Shown piece by piece: positions 1-7,111 of a DNA stretch of 24,000 bases; within the stretch, counting starts at the first letter, position 1, and each line of letters begins with the position of its first letter. Source of the DNA: an uncultured archaeon. Its GTDB lineage: Archaea > Nanobdellota > Nanobdellia > Pacearchaeales > GW2011-AR1. The stretch is taken from the NCBI GenBank assembly GCA_963845205.1, contig CAWJRC010000004.1, positions 37,628 to 61,627 of the forward strand, read 5' to 3'. A model generated the notes under the pieces. The model did not search any database. It saw only the letters and a list, made by a program, of their open reading frames with translations, and was not told where the DNA came from. The translations under genes and the position numbers were made by a program.

Positions 1-279
1 GACCAAAAAACAATTTCAAAAAAACTTCTTGGGATAAATATCGGAAAGAGAAAACCATTGCCCCTAAAATTGCAGGAGCTTCTTGAAGCAGATTTAATTG
101 TGGTTACTGCTAATGATATCCCCAGAATCATTTTTAATTTCAGCCTTGTTGATCTTCAAAAAAAAGTCATAATATGGAAGATTAAAGATGAGCAAAAAAG
201 AAACAAAGAGAATATTAAGAGGATAATACTTGCGATTAAAGATAAGGTTGAAGAATTAAACAGAAGGCTGGAAAAATGA
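1..279 (+). CDS. C-terminal end of a hypothetical protein that starts left of the window
   Basis: Frame 1 is open from base 1 (DQKTISKKLLGINIGKRKP...), so the TTG at 58 in the ORF track is probably internal. The TGA stop overlaps the hisS ATG (ATGA at 276-279). No family recognised. Confidence 0.5.
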   Translation, partial: DQKTISKKLLGINIGKRKPLPLKLQELLEADLIVVTANDIPRIIFNFSLVDLQKKVIIWKIKDEQKRNKENIKRIILAIKDKVEELNRRLEK

Positions 280-1412
280 ATACAGAAACAATTAAGGGAT
301 TTAAGGACTACACCGGGGAAGAGGCTCAGAAAAGAACAGAGATAAGGAGAATATTAATTGAAAATTTTGAGAAATACGGATTTGAGCCTGCTGAAACTCC
401 AATTATAGAAAATGAAGAATTTGTAAGGGGAGAGAATAAAGAAGATGAAGCTGTTTCTGACATTTTCAAACTGCAGGACAGAGGAAAAAGAAAACTTGCT
501 TTAAGATATGAGTTTACATTTCAACTTAAAAGAATTGCGAAAAATAGAAAACTTCCTTACAAAAGGTATGAAATTGGAGAAGTTTTCAGAGACGAGCCCA
601 CTTCTTTAAACAGATTCAGGCAATTTACCCAGTGCGATGCCGATGTCGTAGGAAGTTCTGTAAAAGATGAAGCAGAAATCCTTTCTTTAACAAATGATGT
701 CTTCAAAAACTTAGGGATAAAACCAATAATTCTTGTAAACAACAGAAAATTATTAAATGAAATTATCGAATCAGAAGGGATAAAAGAAAAAGACAAGGAT
801 CAAGTTTTAAGGGAGATTGACAAATTTGATAAACTTCCTGAAAAAGAAATTATTACAAATTTAAAAAAGTATAAGGCAGATAAAATTTTATCCAATTTAA
901 AGAAAGGAGAGATTTATTTCAAAAAATTCAAAGCTTATGACGAGATTCTTGAGCTAATAAAATATTGCAACTATTATAATGTAAAAGTTTTGTTTTCTCC
1001 CACAATTGTCAGGGGACTGAGTTATTATAACGGAAGTGTATTTGAAATAAAGGCAGAGGGAGTGAAGGAAACAATTTGTGCAGGAGGAAGTTATATTTTT
1101 AACGGGATTCAATGTACTGGAATTTCTTTTGGATTGAGTAGAATTGATTCTCTTGCAAAAATAAAAATTGAAAAAGAAAAATATTTGATAGTCTCTCTTG
1201 ATAAAGACAAAGAGGCAATAAATCTTGTAAAAAAATTAAGAGAACAAAACAAAACTGTTGAAATTTTTTACGGCAAACCAACAAAGGCCCTTGATTATGC
1301 AAATTCTTACAAGATAAACAAAGTTATCTTTGTAGGTGAAAAAGAAGTTAAGGAAAAAAAGTTTAAAATCAAAGATATGGATACCGGAAAAGAAAGTTTG
1401 TTAAAATTATGA
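276..1412 (+). CDS. hisS: Histidyl-tRNA synthetase (class II aaRS), compact 378-aa form
   Basis: Signatures present: N-terminal KGFKDY; LALRYEFTFQLKRI; motif 2 YEIGEVFRDEPTSLNRFRQFTQCD; HisA-like IVRGLSYY; GISFGLSRI (GFxxGxER-type). The C-terminal domain is anticodon-binding-like (YLIVSL...VIFVGEKE...KIKDMDTG). ATGA overlaps on both sides. Confidence 0.9.
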   Translation: MNTETIKGFKDYTGEEAQKRTEIRRILIENFEKYGFEPAETPIIENEEFVRGENKEDEAVSDIFKLQDRGKRKLALRYEFTFQLKRIAKNRKLPYKRYEIGEVFRDEPTSLNRFRQFTQCDADVVGSSVKDEAEILSLTNDVFKNLGIKPIILVNNRKLLNEIIESEGIKEKDKDQVLREIDKFDKLPEKEIITNLKKYKADKILSNLKKGEIYFKKFKAYDEILELIKYCNYYNVKVLFSPTIVRGLSYYNGSVFEIKAEGVKETICAGGSYIFNGIQCTGISFGLSRIDSLAKIKIEKEKYLIVSLDKDKEAINLVKKLREQNKTVEIFYGKPTKALDYANSYKINKVIFVGEKEVKEKKFKIKDMDTGKESLLKL

Positions 1413-1651
1413 AAACATCTAAACAAAAAATATTTTCTTACTTGAAAAAACTTCCAAGGGGAAAAATCACAACTTATAAATTTCTTGCTGAAAAATTTAA
1501 CAGTTCTCCTAGAGCTGTCGGAGCTATTTTAAGGTCAAACAAAGACAAATCAGTTCCTTGCTACAAAGTTATAAGAAGCGACGGTAAACTTGGAGGGTAT
1601 AATGGACTTTTGGGGAAGAGCAAAAAGGAATTGTTAAGAAGAGAAATTTAA
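1409..1651 (+). CDS. Stand-alone MGMT/Ogt C-terminal (DNA-binding, active-site) domain protein, 80 aa
   Basis: Aligns by eye to the C-terminal domain of O6-alkylguanine-DNA alkyltransferases: HTH region TTYKFLAEKF..PRAVGAILRSN, active-site stretch VPCYKVIRSDGKLGGY (canonical PCHRV), and terminal LLRRE. There is no N-terminal domain. Confidence 0.8.
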   Translation: MKTSKQKIFSYLKKLPRGKITTYKFLAEKFNSSPRAVGAILRSNKDKSVPCYKVIRSDGKLGGYNGLLGKSKKELLRREI

Positions 1652-1681
1652 ATAAACATAATTTTTTCTTAAAGAAGAAGA

Positions 1682-1752
1682 GGGCTCATAGTTCAGTGGC
1701 AAAACATGTCGTTCGCAACGATAAACTTCGAGTTCGATTCTCGATGAGTCCA
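1682..1752 (+). tRNA. tRNA-Ala (anticodon CGC)
   Basis: Acceptor GGGCTCA/TGAGTCC with G3:U70 (the Ala identity pair). Anticodon stem TGTCG/CGATA, loop TTCGCAA. T arm TCGAG-TTCGATT-CTCGA. Discriminator A. No intron and no encoded CCA. The D stem has only 3 Watson-Crick pairs. Confidence 0.9.
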
Positions 1753-1754
1753 AT

Positions 1755-2294
1755 TTAATTCAATTTAACAAATTCTTCTATTAATAATCTATTTCTTACT
1801 TCAGGATGAAATAAAACCCCATAAATCTCTTTTGTTTTATGTTTTATCGCTTGAGGAATTTCGCTTTTTGTGAAAGATATAAAATCCTTTGGTAAGGTTG
1901 TATAGTTATTATGAAGATGATAAACTTCATGTTCTCCAACTAAAGAGAGAAATTCTTTTGTAAAATCTTCCTTGTAAAATCCTATTTCTGGTTTATTCTC
2001 TAATTTTGCTCCAAATGTTAAAGAAATGATTTGCATCCCTGCACAAATTCCAAGAAGCGGCCTGTTGAAATTTTTTATCCATGAGAATTTCCTGATATCT
2101 TTAACAAACATATTGTCTTTTAGTGAAGTTCCGCAAATTACGACCTTATCTGCTTTTTGCAAATCTTTCTCTGTTAATTTGGAATAATGTTTAATCGAAA
2201 ATGAAATTTCATTTTCTGAAAGAATCTTCTCAATTGGCCTTACAAATTCCAATTCATGAAGAGGTTCAGCGTTTGTTGAGATAATTAAAATCAT
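1755..2294 (-). CDS. Class I glutamine amidotransferase, GMP synthase small-subunit (GuaAA)-like
   Basis: 179 aa. Nucleophile elbow LLGICAGMQ (Cys) and C-terminal KHKTKEIYGVLFHPEV (His/Glu) closely resemble archaeal GuaAA. The start overlaps the stop of the upstream PP-loop gene (ATGA at 2291-2294). Confidence 0.8.
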   Translation of the reverse strand: MILIISTNAEPLHELEFVRPIEKILSENEISFSIKHYSKLTEKDLQKADKVVICGTSLKDNMFVKDIRKFSWIKNFNRPLLGICAGMQIISLTFGAKLENKPEIGFYKEDFTKEFLSLVGEHEVYHLHNNYTTLPKDFISFTKSEIPQAIKHKTKEIYGVLFHPEVRNRLLIEEFVKLN

Positions 2295-2962
2295 TTTAAT
2301 TCTAATTCCCTCCTCCAGCTATTTTCCCCTTCCTTAAAATCCTTAAAAGAACTTACTTTCAGGGGTTTTTTGAATAATGGACAGTCGAGAACAAAAGTTT
2401 CAAATTCCCCTCCTTCTCCAATCATGGATATTTTATATTTGTCATGAAGTTTCTTTATATCTTCTATAAATTTGTTGTTTATTTCTCTGCCCAGCCAGTT
2501 TTTATCAAGAGGATAAGCAAAAACTCCTGTAATTATAACCTTGAACTTATTTTTTATCAGTTCATTCAGATATTCAATTTCATCTTTCTGCCAAAGAGGA
2601 TTGAAACATTCTATCTTAAGTTTGTTGCAGATTTTCTGGATTCTTGAAGACTGATAAACACTTTGAATCGCTCCTGTAACAATACCTTCAATTTCATATT
2701 TCTTAATCGCAAGTTTGATGGCCTTTTCCAAATCTTTTAATTCCTCCTCTTTTTTTCCTTTGGTCTTCTGGATTATTATCGGAATTTGCATGGATTCTGC
2801 CTGTTTTTCAACTTTTGATATGGATGGCGTATGAAACATATAAGATTCCTTATTCTCTGAAAAAATAGAGATCAAGCAGGAAATTTTATATTTGTATTTC
2901 TTTGCGATATAAGCTGCATAAGCTGAATCTTTTCCGCCTGAAAAAAGAATTCCTAGTTTCAT
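2291..2962 (-). CDS. dph6: PP-loop ATP pyrophosphatase of the MJ0570/Dph6 family (diphthine-ammonia ligase)
   Basis: 223 aa. N-terminal PP-loop LFSGGKDS, SYMFHTP, and the family-typical GEGGEFETFVLDCPLF. Collinear by eye with M. jannaschii MJ0570. Confidence 0.85.
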   Translation of the reverse strand: MKLGILFSGGKDSAYAAYIAKKYKYKISCLISIFSENKESYMFHTPSISKVEKQAESMQIPIIIQKTKGKKEEELKDLEKAIKLAIKKYEIEGIVTGAIQSVYQSSRIQKICNKLKIECFNPLWQKDEIEYLNELIKNKFKVIITGVFAYPLDKNWLGREINNKFIEDIKKLHDKYKISMIGEGGEFETFVLDCPLFKKPLKVSSFKDFKEGENSWRRELELK

Positions 2963-3012
2963 TATTAGTTTAATAGAATAATATTTATAAGTATTGGGTA
3001 TAATAATTTTGG

Positions 3013-3513
3013 ATGAAAGATTATAGCATTCAAAATTTATTTTTTGATTTTGAAGATTTTAAGACCAGATATAGGACTTTAAAGAATACAAGAATGCTTG
3101 TAGCAGACTCGGCTAATGATTTTTTAAAAAACAAATCAAGGCCAACTTTTTTATCTAACTTACTTTTTTTAAAAGATACCGATTTTAGAAGCATCCTTTT
3201 TAATAATGTTTATATCGATAAAATTTCTAACGAGATTTATGAAATTATACCTCCGAGCGGTGAAAGAGGATTTTTCGGCAGGAAATATATCCTTCATGAC
3301 GAAACTGGAGAAATTTCCTGTTTTTGGGCTACAAAAGAAAGCAAACTTTATTCAATGATTTCGTGCGATAGATTTGAAGAAATGAAAAAATTTAATGACC
3401 CTTTAATAAAACATGCTTTTATTTTTCATAATAAACAAAGCGATGAAATTAATCTTGCCTACGCTGAATTTTATGGTAAAAATAAAATAGTAAAAAAGGA
3501 TTTAAAGAATTAA
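3013..3513 (+). CDS. Hypothetical protein (166 aa)
   Basis: The only long ORF in this interval. ATG start, coding-like composition, no motif recognised. Confidence 0.6.
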   Translation: MKDYSIQNLFFDFEDFKTRYRTLKNTRMLVADSANDFLKNKSRPTFLSNLLFLKDTDFRSILFNNVYIDKISNEIYEIIPPSGERGFFGRKYILHDETGEISCFWATKESKLYSMISCDRFEEMKKFNDPLIKHAFIFHNKQSDEINLAYAEFYGKNKIVKKDLKN

Positions 3514-3538
3514 TTCCTATCTTTTCTAAAGGAGGATA

Positions 3539-4399
3539 TTAATCTTCTTCGGTTTCTTCGCTTATTTCTTCACCTTTAAAATTTTCAGGATTCTTGTCAT
3601 ATTCTTCAAGTCCTTTCTTTAAATCTTCAAATGGATCGGGATTATTTTTAAGAAATGTCTCTTTCATCCAGATATTTATTTCTTCAAAGGGTTTTTTTTG
3701 TTCAAGCCAAATTTTTTTCTGATCTTCAAGATAAAGCAAAGGCAAAAATGAGATTATTTTTTCTTCTTTGTTGTTCGCAAATTCGCTATATGTGACTTTA
3801 TCCTCTTTTTTTTCTTTAAACCAGTCAGAAAGATTCCTGTAAATTTCGGCAATTTTATCTTTTATGCTAAATTTTCTTTTTGGAAGTGAAAATGAACTTT
3901 CCCTTAATGAATCACTTGTAACAATTTCTCTTTTTATTCTTCTATTCTCTGTTGTTATTGCCTTATTCAGAGATTCCATCAGCTCTTTGAGCGTGACTTT
4001 CCTGAATCTTGGAAGAGGACTTCTTGGGATAAGCTCAGGTATTTCTTCATCTAATTCTATCCTTTCTAAAGGCGTTCTTGTCAACTCTTTTTTTCCAAAA
4101 AGAATGTCATCTATACTTTTTATGTAACGATTCAGGAGAATTTCGGATTTTATTCTCAAAAGAAGAGAAGCTGCAAGAAGAACTTTGCTAGAGATAAAAA
4201 AATCTGCTTCTTCTATTTCACTTATTTTCTCCAAATATTTATCTGAAAGAACAATTATATCTATATCCCAAGGGTCTAATTGCTCTGTATTTATCAAATC
4301 GTAAATAATTTCCTGCCAGCCAATCTCCCGATTGAATAATAAATCATGAATTTGCTCCTGTTTTACAGAATTTTTATGTTCATTCTCTTCTTTTTCCAT
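3539..4399 (-). CDS. scpA: Segregation and condensation protein A (kleisin ScpA)
   Basis: 286 aa. N-terminal kleisin motif (QLDPWDIDIIVLSDKYLEKI...FFISSKVLLAASLLLRIKS) and C-terminal winged-helix-like end (ISFLPLLYLEDQKKIWLEQKKPFEEINIW). Confidence 0.8.
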   Translation of the reverse strand: MEKEENEHKNSVKQEQIHDLLFNREIGWQEIIYDLINTEQLDPWDIDIIVLSDKYLEKISEIEEADFFISSKVLLAASLLLRIKSEILLNRYIKSIDDILFGKKELTRTPLERIELDEEIPELIPRSPLPRFRKVTLKELMESLNKAITTENRRIKREIVTSDSLRESSFSLPKRKFSIKDKIAEIYRNLSDWFKEKKEDKVTYSEFANNKEEKIISFLPLLYLEDQKKIWLEQKKPFEEINIWMKETFLKNNPDPFEDLKKGLEEYDKNPENFKGEEISEETEED

Positions 4400-4432
4400 T
4401 ATTTATTTAATGAAAATGATTTTATAATTCTT

Positions 4433-4469
4433 TGTAGTACCTAAAATAATCTTTATGTAGTACCTAAAA
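4433..4469. repeat. Two tandem copies of TGTAGTACCTAAAA (23-nt period) just upstream of the scpA TATA box
   Basis: Identical 14-mers at 4433-4446 and 4456-4469, each preceded by TCTTT. On the minus strand, ATTATAAAAT (4419-4428) lies about 20-29 nt upstream of the scpA ATG (4399). Confidence 0.7.
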
Positions 4470-4541
4470 AACAGGATTTTTGAAAATAAATTCACTACTT
4501 TAGATTAACTAATGGTTGTCATTTTTAAAAAGTAACAAAAT

Positions 4542-4556
4542 AGAAAGATTTATATA
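4542..4556 (+). promoter_or_regulatory. BRE/TATA-like element (AGAAAGA-TTTATATA) facing the structured element at 4578-4722
   Basis: A purine-rich tract is followed by TTTATATA (4549-4556). The centre lies about 26 nt upstream of 4578, the first base of the terminal helix. The background is AT-rich, so this is weak on its own. Confidence 0.3.
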
Positions 4557-4577
4557 GTATAAATAATTCAATTATTT

Positions 4578-4722
4578 ATCACCTCTTTTTTCCCAGGAGA
4601 AGCTTCAAGTTATCTTTTTGATCAACTTGAAGAATCTCCCAGGGTTATATATGATTATTATTGGTAAGTAATCCTGTCTAAAGTCAGGCACTATTATTGA
4701 TTATGGTTTAAGCAGAGGTGAT
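4578..4722 (+). ncRNA. Candidate structured RNA or MITE-like element (family unknown, strand uncertain)
   Basis: Closing inverted repeat ATCACCTCT (4578-4586) / AGAGGTGAT (4714-4722). Internal 17-bp hairpin at 4596-4639: GGAGA/TCTCC, a 2x2 internal loop, CTTCAAGTT/AACTTGAAG, ATC/GAT, and a T5 loop. No ORF. It sits in an atypically long 343-bp spacer. Confidence 0.25.
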
Positions 4723-4742
4723 TAATTCTACTCATAAAGAAA

Positions 4743-4946
4743 TTATTTCTTGCTTGCAAATTCAGAGTAATGGCATTTGCCGCAATATATTCTTCCCTGA
4801 TGATTCATCAGGAAAATTCCTGGTCCGCATCTAGGGCAAGATCTTTCTCTTGAAACCTTGCCGCCTTCAATTTTATACTTTGAATATTTTTTGCTTGTCG
4901 GTTTGTTCTTATGGGCCTTTTTGCCCTTTTTTACTGTTTTAGCCAT
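4743..4946 (-). CDS. rps27ae: Ribosomal protein eS31 (S27ae)
   Basis: 67 aa. Lys-rich N-terminus and a C4 zinc ribbon, CPRCGPG...CGKC, typical of archaeal S27ae. Confidence 0.95.
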   Translation of the reverse strand: MAKTVKKGKKAHKNKPTSKKYSKYKIEGGKVSRERSCPRCGPGIFLMNHQGRIYCGKCHYSEFASKK

Positions 4947-4951
4947 TGAAT

Positions 4952-5239
4952 TTATTCTCCCTTTGCATCTGTTTTAGTTTCTTTTTTTGATTTAGGTTCT
5001 GTCTTTTCTTTTTCTTCCTTTGACGAATAAACATTTGCAGTGATAATAAAATTGTTTGAACCGAATTTACCCTTTATTTTTTTTATCTTTACATTCTCAA
5101 CAGCTGCTGAAAATTTTTTTGCTATTAACTCTTCTGCTTCCTGCATCTTAGGACTTATGTTTAATTCCACCTTTACTTCTACTTCCTTTCTTTTGAATAT
5201 AGGATTTTCCTTATCATTTAAAATTGTAATTTTTTCCAT
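4952..5239 (-). CDS. rps24e: Ribosomal protein eS24 (S24e)
   Basis: 95 aa. [14 protein letters not shown]...[16 protein letters not shown] matches the S24e pattern. Lies in the conserved position between spt4 and rps27ae. Confidence 0.9.
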   Translation of the reverse strand: MEKITILNDKENPIFKRKEVEVKVELNISPKMQEAEELIAKKFSAAVENVKIKKIKGKFGSNNFIITANVYSSKEEKEKTEPKSKKETKTDAKGE

Positions 5240-5244
5240 TTGAC

Positions 5245-5433
5245 TTACTTTACTTTAATTGCAAAATTTCCTTTGTCTTTAAGATTTAGTTTTTGCGCAA
5301 TTTCTGATTTTTCAGGATTCAAAAGAATAATTCTTCCCTTAAATCCCTCGGTTGATTCTTTAGAATCACATTTAGGGCATTTATCTCCTTCGTATATTGT
5401 ATTGCATAATTTGCATGCTTTTGGTTTGCTCAT
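5245..5433 (-). CDS. spt4: Transcription elongation factor Spt4 (RpoE'')
   Basis: 62 aa. Zinc ribbon CKLC...CPKC, followed by FKGRIILLNPEKSEIAQKL...GNFAIKV. ATGA overlap with rpoE' (5430-5433). Confidence 0.9.
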   Translation of the reverse strand: MSKPKACKLCNTIYEGDKCPKCDSKESTEGFKGRIILLNPEKSEIAQKLNLKDKGNFAIKVK

Positions 5434-6035
5434 TTCTTCTTTTTTCCTCCCTTTGCTTTTTTCTTTTCTTCTCCTTCTTCTGATTTTACCGCCTTTGCTT
5501 TCTTAGTTTTATCTTCCTGAATCCATTCAAGCTTTCCTAATCCGGGCTGCCTCATTGTCAATCCAATTTTTAATTCTCCGCCCTTATGAGATATCGCAAC
5601 AATTCTTGCCATGCATAAATCTCCCTGCTTTAAACTCCTTTTTGAAGCTTTTCCGACCAGAGTATTTGATTTGCTGAAACTTACATAATCATCCATTGTC
5701 TGGCTTATATGAATCATACCTTTCATAACACCCAAATCTATGAATGCTCCGAAAGTTGTTATTTCTGAAACTGTTCCGAAAACCAATTCCTGCAATTCCG
5801 GCTTCCAGACAAGCAATCTGAATTTTGAACGATAATATGCTGCACCGTCGCCGGGTATCAAAACTCCCTCGCCTACTTCAAGAACTTCGATGACCGAAAT
5901 GACTTTTCCAATTTCTTTTTCATAAAAATCAGAGTATGTGTCCTTAAGCTGTTTATCTACAGACTCGAGAGTAGGCAAACCGAATAACTTTGGTTCTACC
6001 CGTATGTAATCCTCGACTTCAGTTATATAGAACAT
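5430..6035 (-). CDS. rpoE: DNA-directed RNA polymerase subunit E' (Rpo7)
   Basis: 201 aa. N-terminal Rpo7 fold pattern (MFYITEVEDYIRVEP..FG) and an S1 domain (GTVSEITTFGAFIDLG...GMIHISQ). The C-terminal tail is Lys-rich. Confidence 0.9.
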   Translation of the reverse strand: MFYITEVEDYIRVEPKLFGLPTLESVDKQLKDTYSDFYEKEIGKVISVIEVLEVGEGVLIPGDGAAYYRSKFRLLVWKPELQELVFGTVSEITTFGAFIDLGVMKGMIHISQTMDDYVSFSKSNTLVGKASKRSLKQGDLCMARIVAISHKGGELKIGLTMRQPGLGKLEWIQEDKTKKAKAVKSEEGEEKKKAKGGKKKK

Positions 6036-6109
6036 TTTTATTAAAAATTATAACAAAAATTGCTTTTTAAAACTTATTATTGATTATATTCGCAGAATAA
6101 AAATAAATT

Positions 6110-6478
6110 TTATACAATCTCTAATTCTTTATCCCCCTTTATGACTAACTTATTATTTTTTATCCTATTTTTTATCCCCCGGTCAAGAGTTGCTATCGCA
6201 TATTCCGGATTTTTTTTTGCCAAATTTATAATTCCATTATCCACATTTTTTGATTGCAGGTCTACCTCATCGAAATTGTTTATTGTTAATATGGACAATG
6301 CAAGTTTTGATTCATCCCTTAATTTGAGATTTTTTGTTTCTGAATGTTTTTTTAATTCTCCTATAACCTGTACCGGGATTATTATTTTCATTCCCATAAA
6401 TTTAATCTTCTCAGAAAAATCGATCTTTTTCCGAATACAGGAAAGAATAAAATTCGTGTCCAAAATAACATATTTCAT
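6110..6478 (-). CDS. PIN-domain protein, Fcf1/Utp24-like
   Basis: 122 aa. VILDTNFIL (Asp), VIGELKK (Glu), ATLDRGIKNRI (Asp). Lies in the conserved archaeal position upstream of rpoE'. Confidence 0.8.
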   Translation of the reverse strand: MKYVILDTNFILSCIRKKIDFSEKIKFMGMKIIIPVQVIGELKKHSETKNLKLRDESKLALSILTINNFDEVDLQSKNVDNGIINLAKKNPEYAIATLDRGIKNRIKNNKLVIKGDKELEIV

Positions 6479-6544
6479 ATATAAATAGGCAGATTTGAAT
6501 ATAAAAACTTAACATTTATTAATCGCATTTTCTTTATCTTATTC

Positions 6545-7111
6545 ATGCAGGAAAAAGAGAATGTATTAAGGATTCTTCAGGAAACAAAAGATGCTATAAA
6601 CAATGATAACTCAATAAAACTGAAAGAATTAAGCGACCAGACGATTCATACCGCTTCAATAACACAGGATCCGGACAATATCGCTGTTGCAGTTGCAGTT
6701 TATTCATTAAGCAAAATTGTTGAAAGAAAAAAATATCAGGAGTTTCCCGGCTGGAAAGATTTTTACAAAAATTTAATGTCCATTGTTGATAATTCTATAA
6801 GCGCATTAAAGAAAAATGATGACAAAAAAATTAAAGATGACCTGGCTGCTCTTAGGGGAATAATTTCAACACTTTCAGGCCAGCTTAAAGATTATATTCA
6901 GGATGTTTTCAGAAAAGCGCAGATAAACAAGGCCTCTAAAATTTATGAGCACGGAATTTCACTTGAGCAAACAGCAAATCTTCTTGGGATTACAATGTTT
7001 GAGCTCATGTCCTATTCAGGACAGAAGCCTGAAACTTCAGAGGCTCCCCTCACAAAGACGGTTGATGTTAAAACGCGAATTAAAACTGCCATGGACATAT
7101 TTGGAAAATGA
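6545..7111 (+). CDS. Hypothetical protein with C-terminal UPF0175-like helix-turn-helix
   Basis: 188 aa. A helical N-terminal region of about 125 aa is followed by KASKIYEHGISLEQTANLLGITMFELMSYSG, which resembles UPF0175 antitoxin-type HTH. The stop overlaps the next start (ATGA at 7108-7111). Confidence 0.6.
   Translation: MQEKENVLRILQETKDAINNDNSIKLKELSDQTIHTASITQDPDNIAVAVAVYSLSKIVERKKYQEFPGWKDFYKNLMSIVDNSISALKKNDDKKIKDDLAALRGIISTLSGQLKDYIQDVFRKAQINKASKIYEHGISLEQTANLLGITMFELMSYSGQKPETSEAPLTKTVDVKTRIKTAMDIFGK

Noticed and set aside
557-1302. Minus-strand ORFs 557-796 and 1099-1302 inside hisS
   Set aside because: They are antisense to a well-supported HisRS gene. The translations are low-complexity (F/L/S-rich) with no motifs, typical of shadow ORFs.
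2444-2647. Plus-strand ORF inside dph6
   Set aside because: It is antisense to a gene with strong family signatures, and its sequence is hydrophobic junk.
3864-4127. Plus-strand ORF inside scpA
   Set aside because: A shadow ORF opposite scpA, S/L/F-rich, with no start context.
4433-4469. Possible CRISPR or mini-array
   Set aside because: There are only two copies of a 14-nt core with a 9-nt spacer. The repeat does not fold, and no cas genes are present. A promoter-proximal tandem site fits better.
5040-5506. Plus-strand ORFs 5040-5243 and 5240-5506 across rps24e, spt4 and rpoE'
   Set aside because: They are antisense to four conserved, tightly packed information-processing genes. Their L/S/F-rich translations mirror Lys/Glu-rich codons.
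6141-6488. 115-aa plus-strand ORF mirroring the PIN gene
   Set aside because: The minus-strand product has the PIN acidic residues and lies in the conserved position next to rpoE'. The plus-strand product is F/I-rich nonsense.
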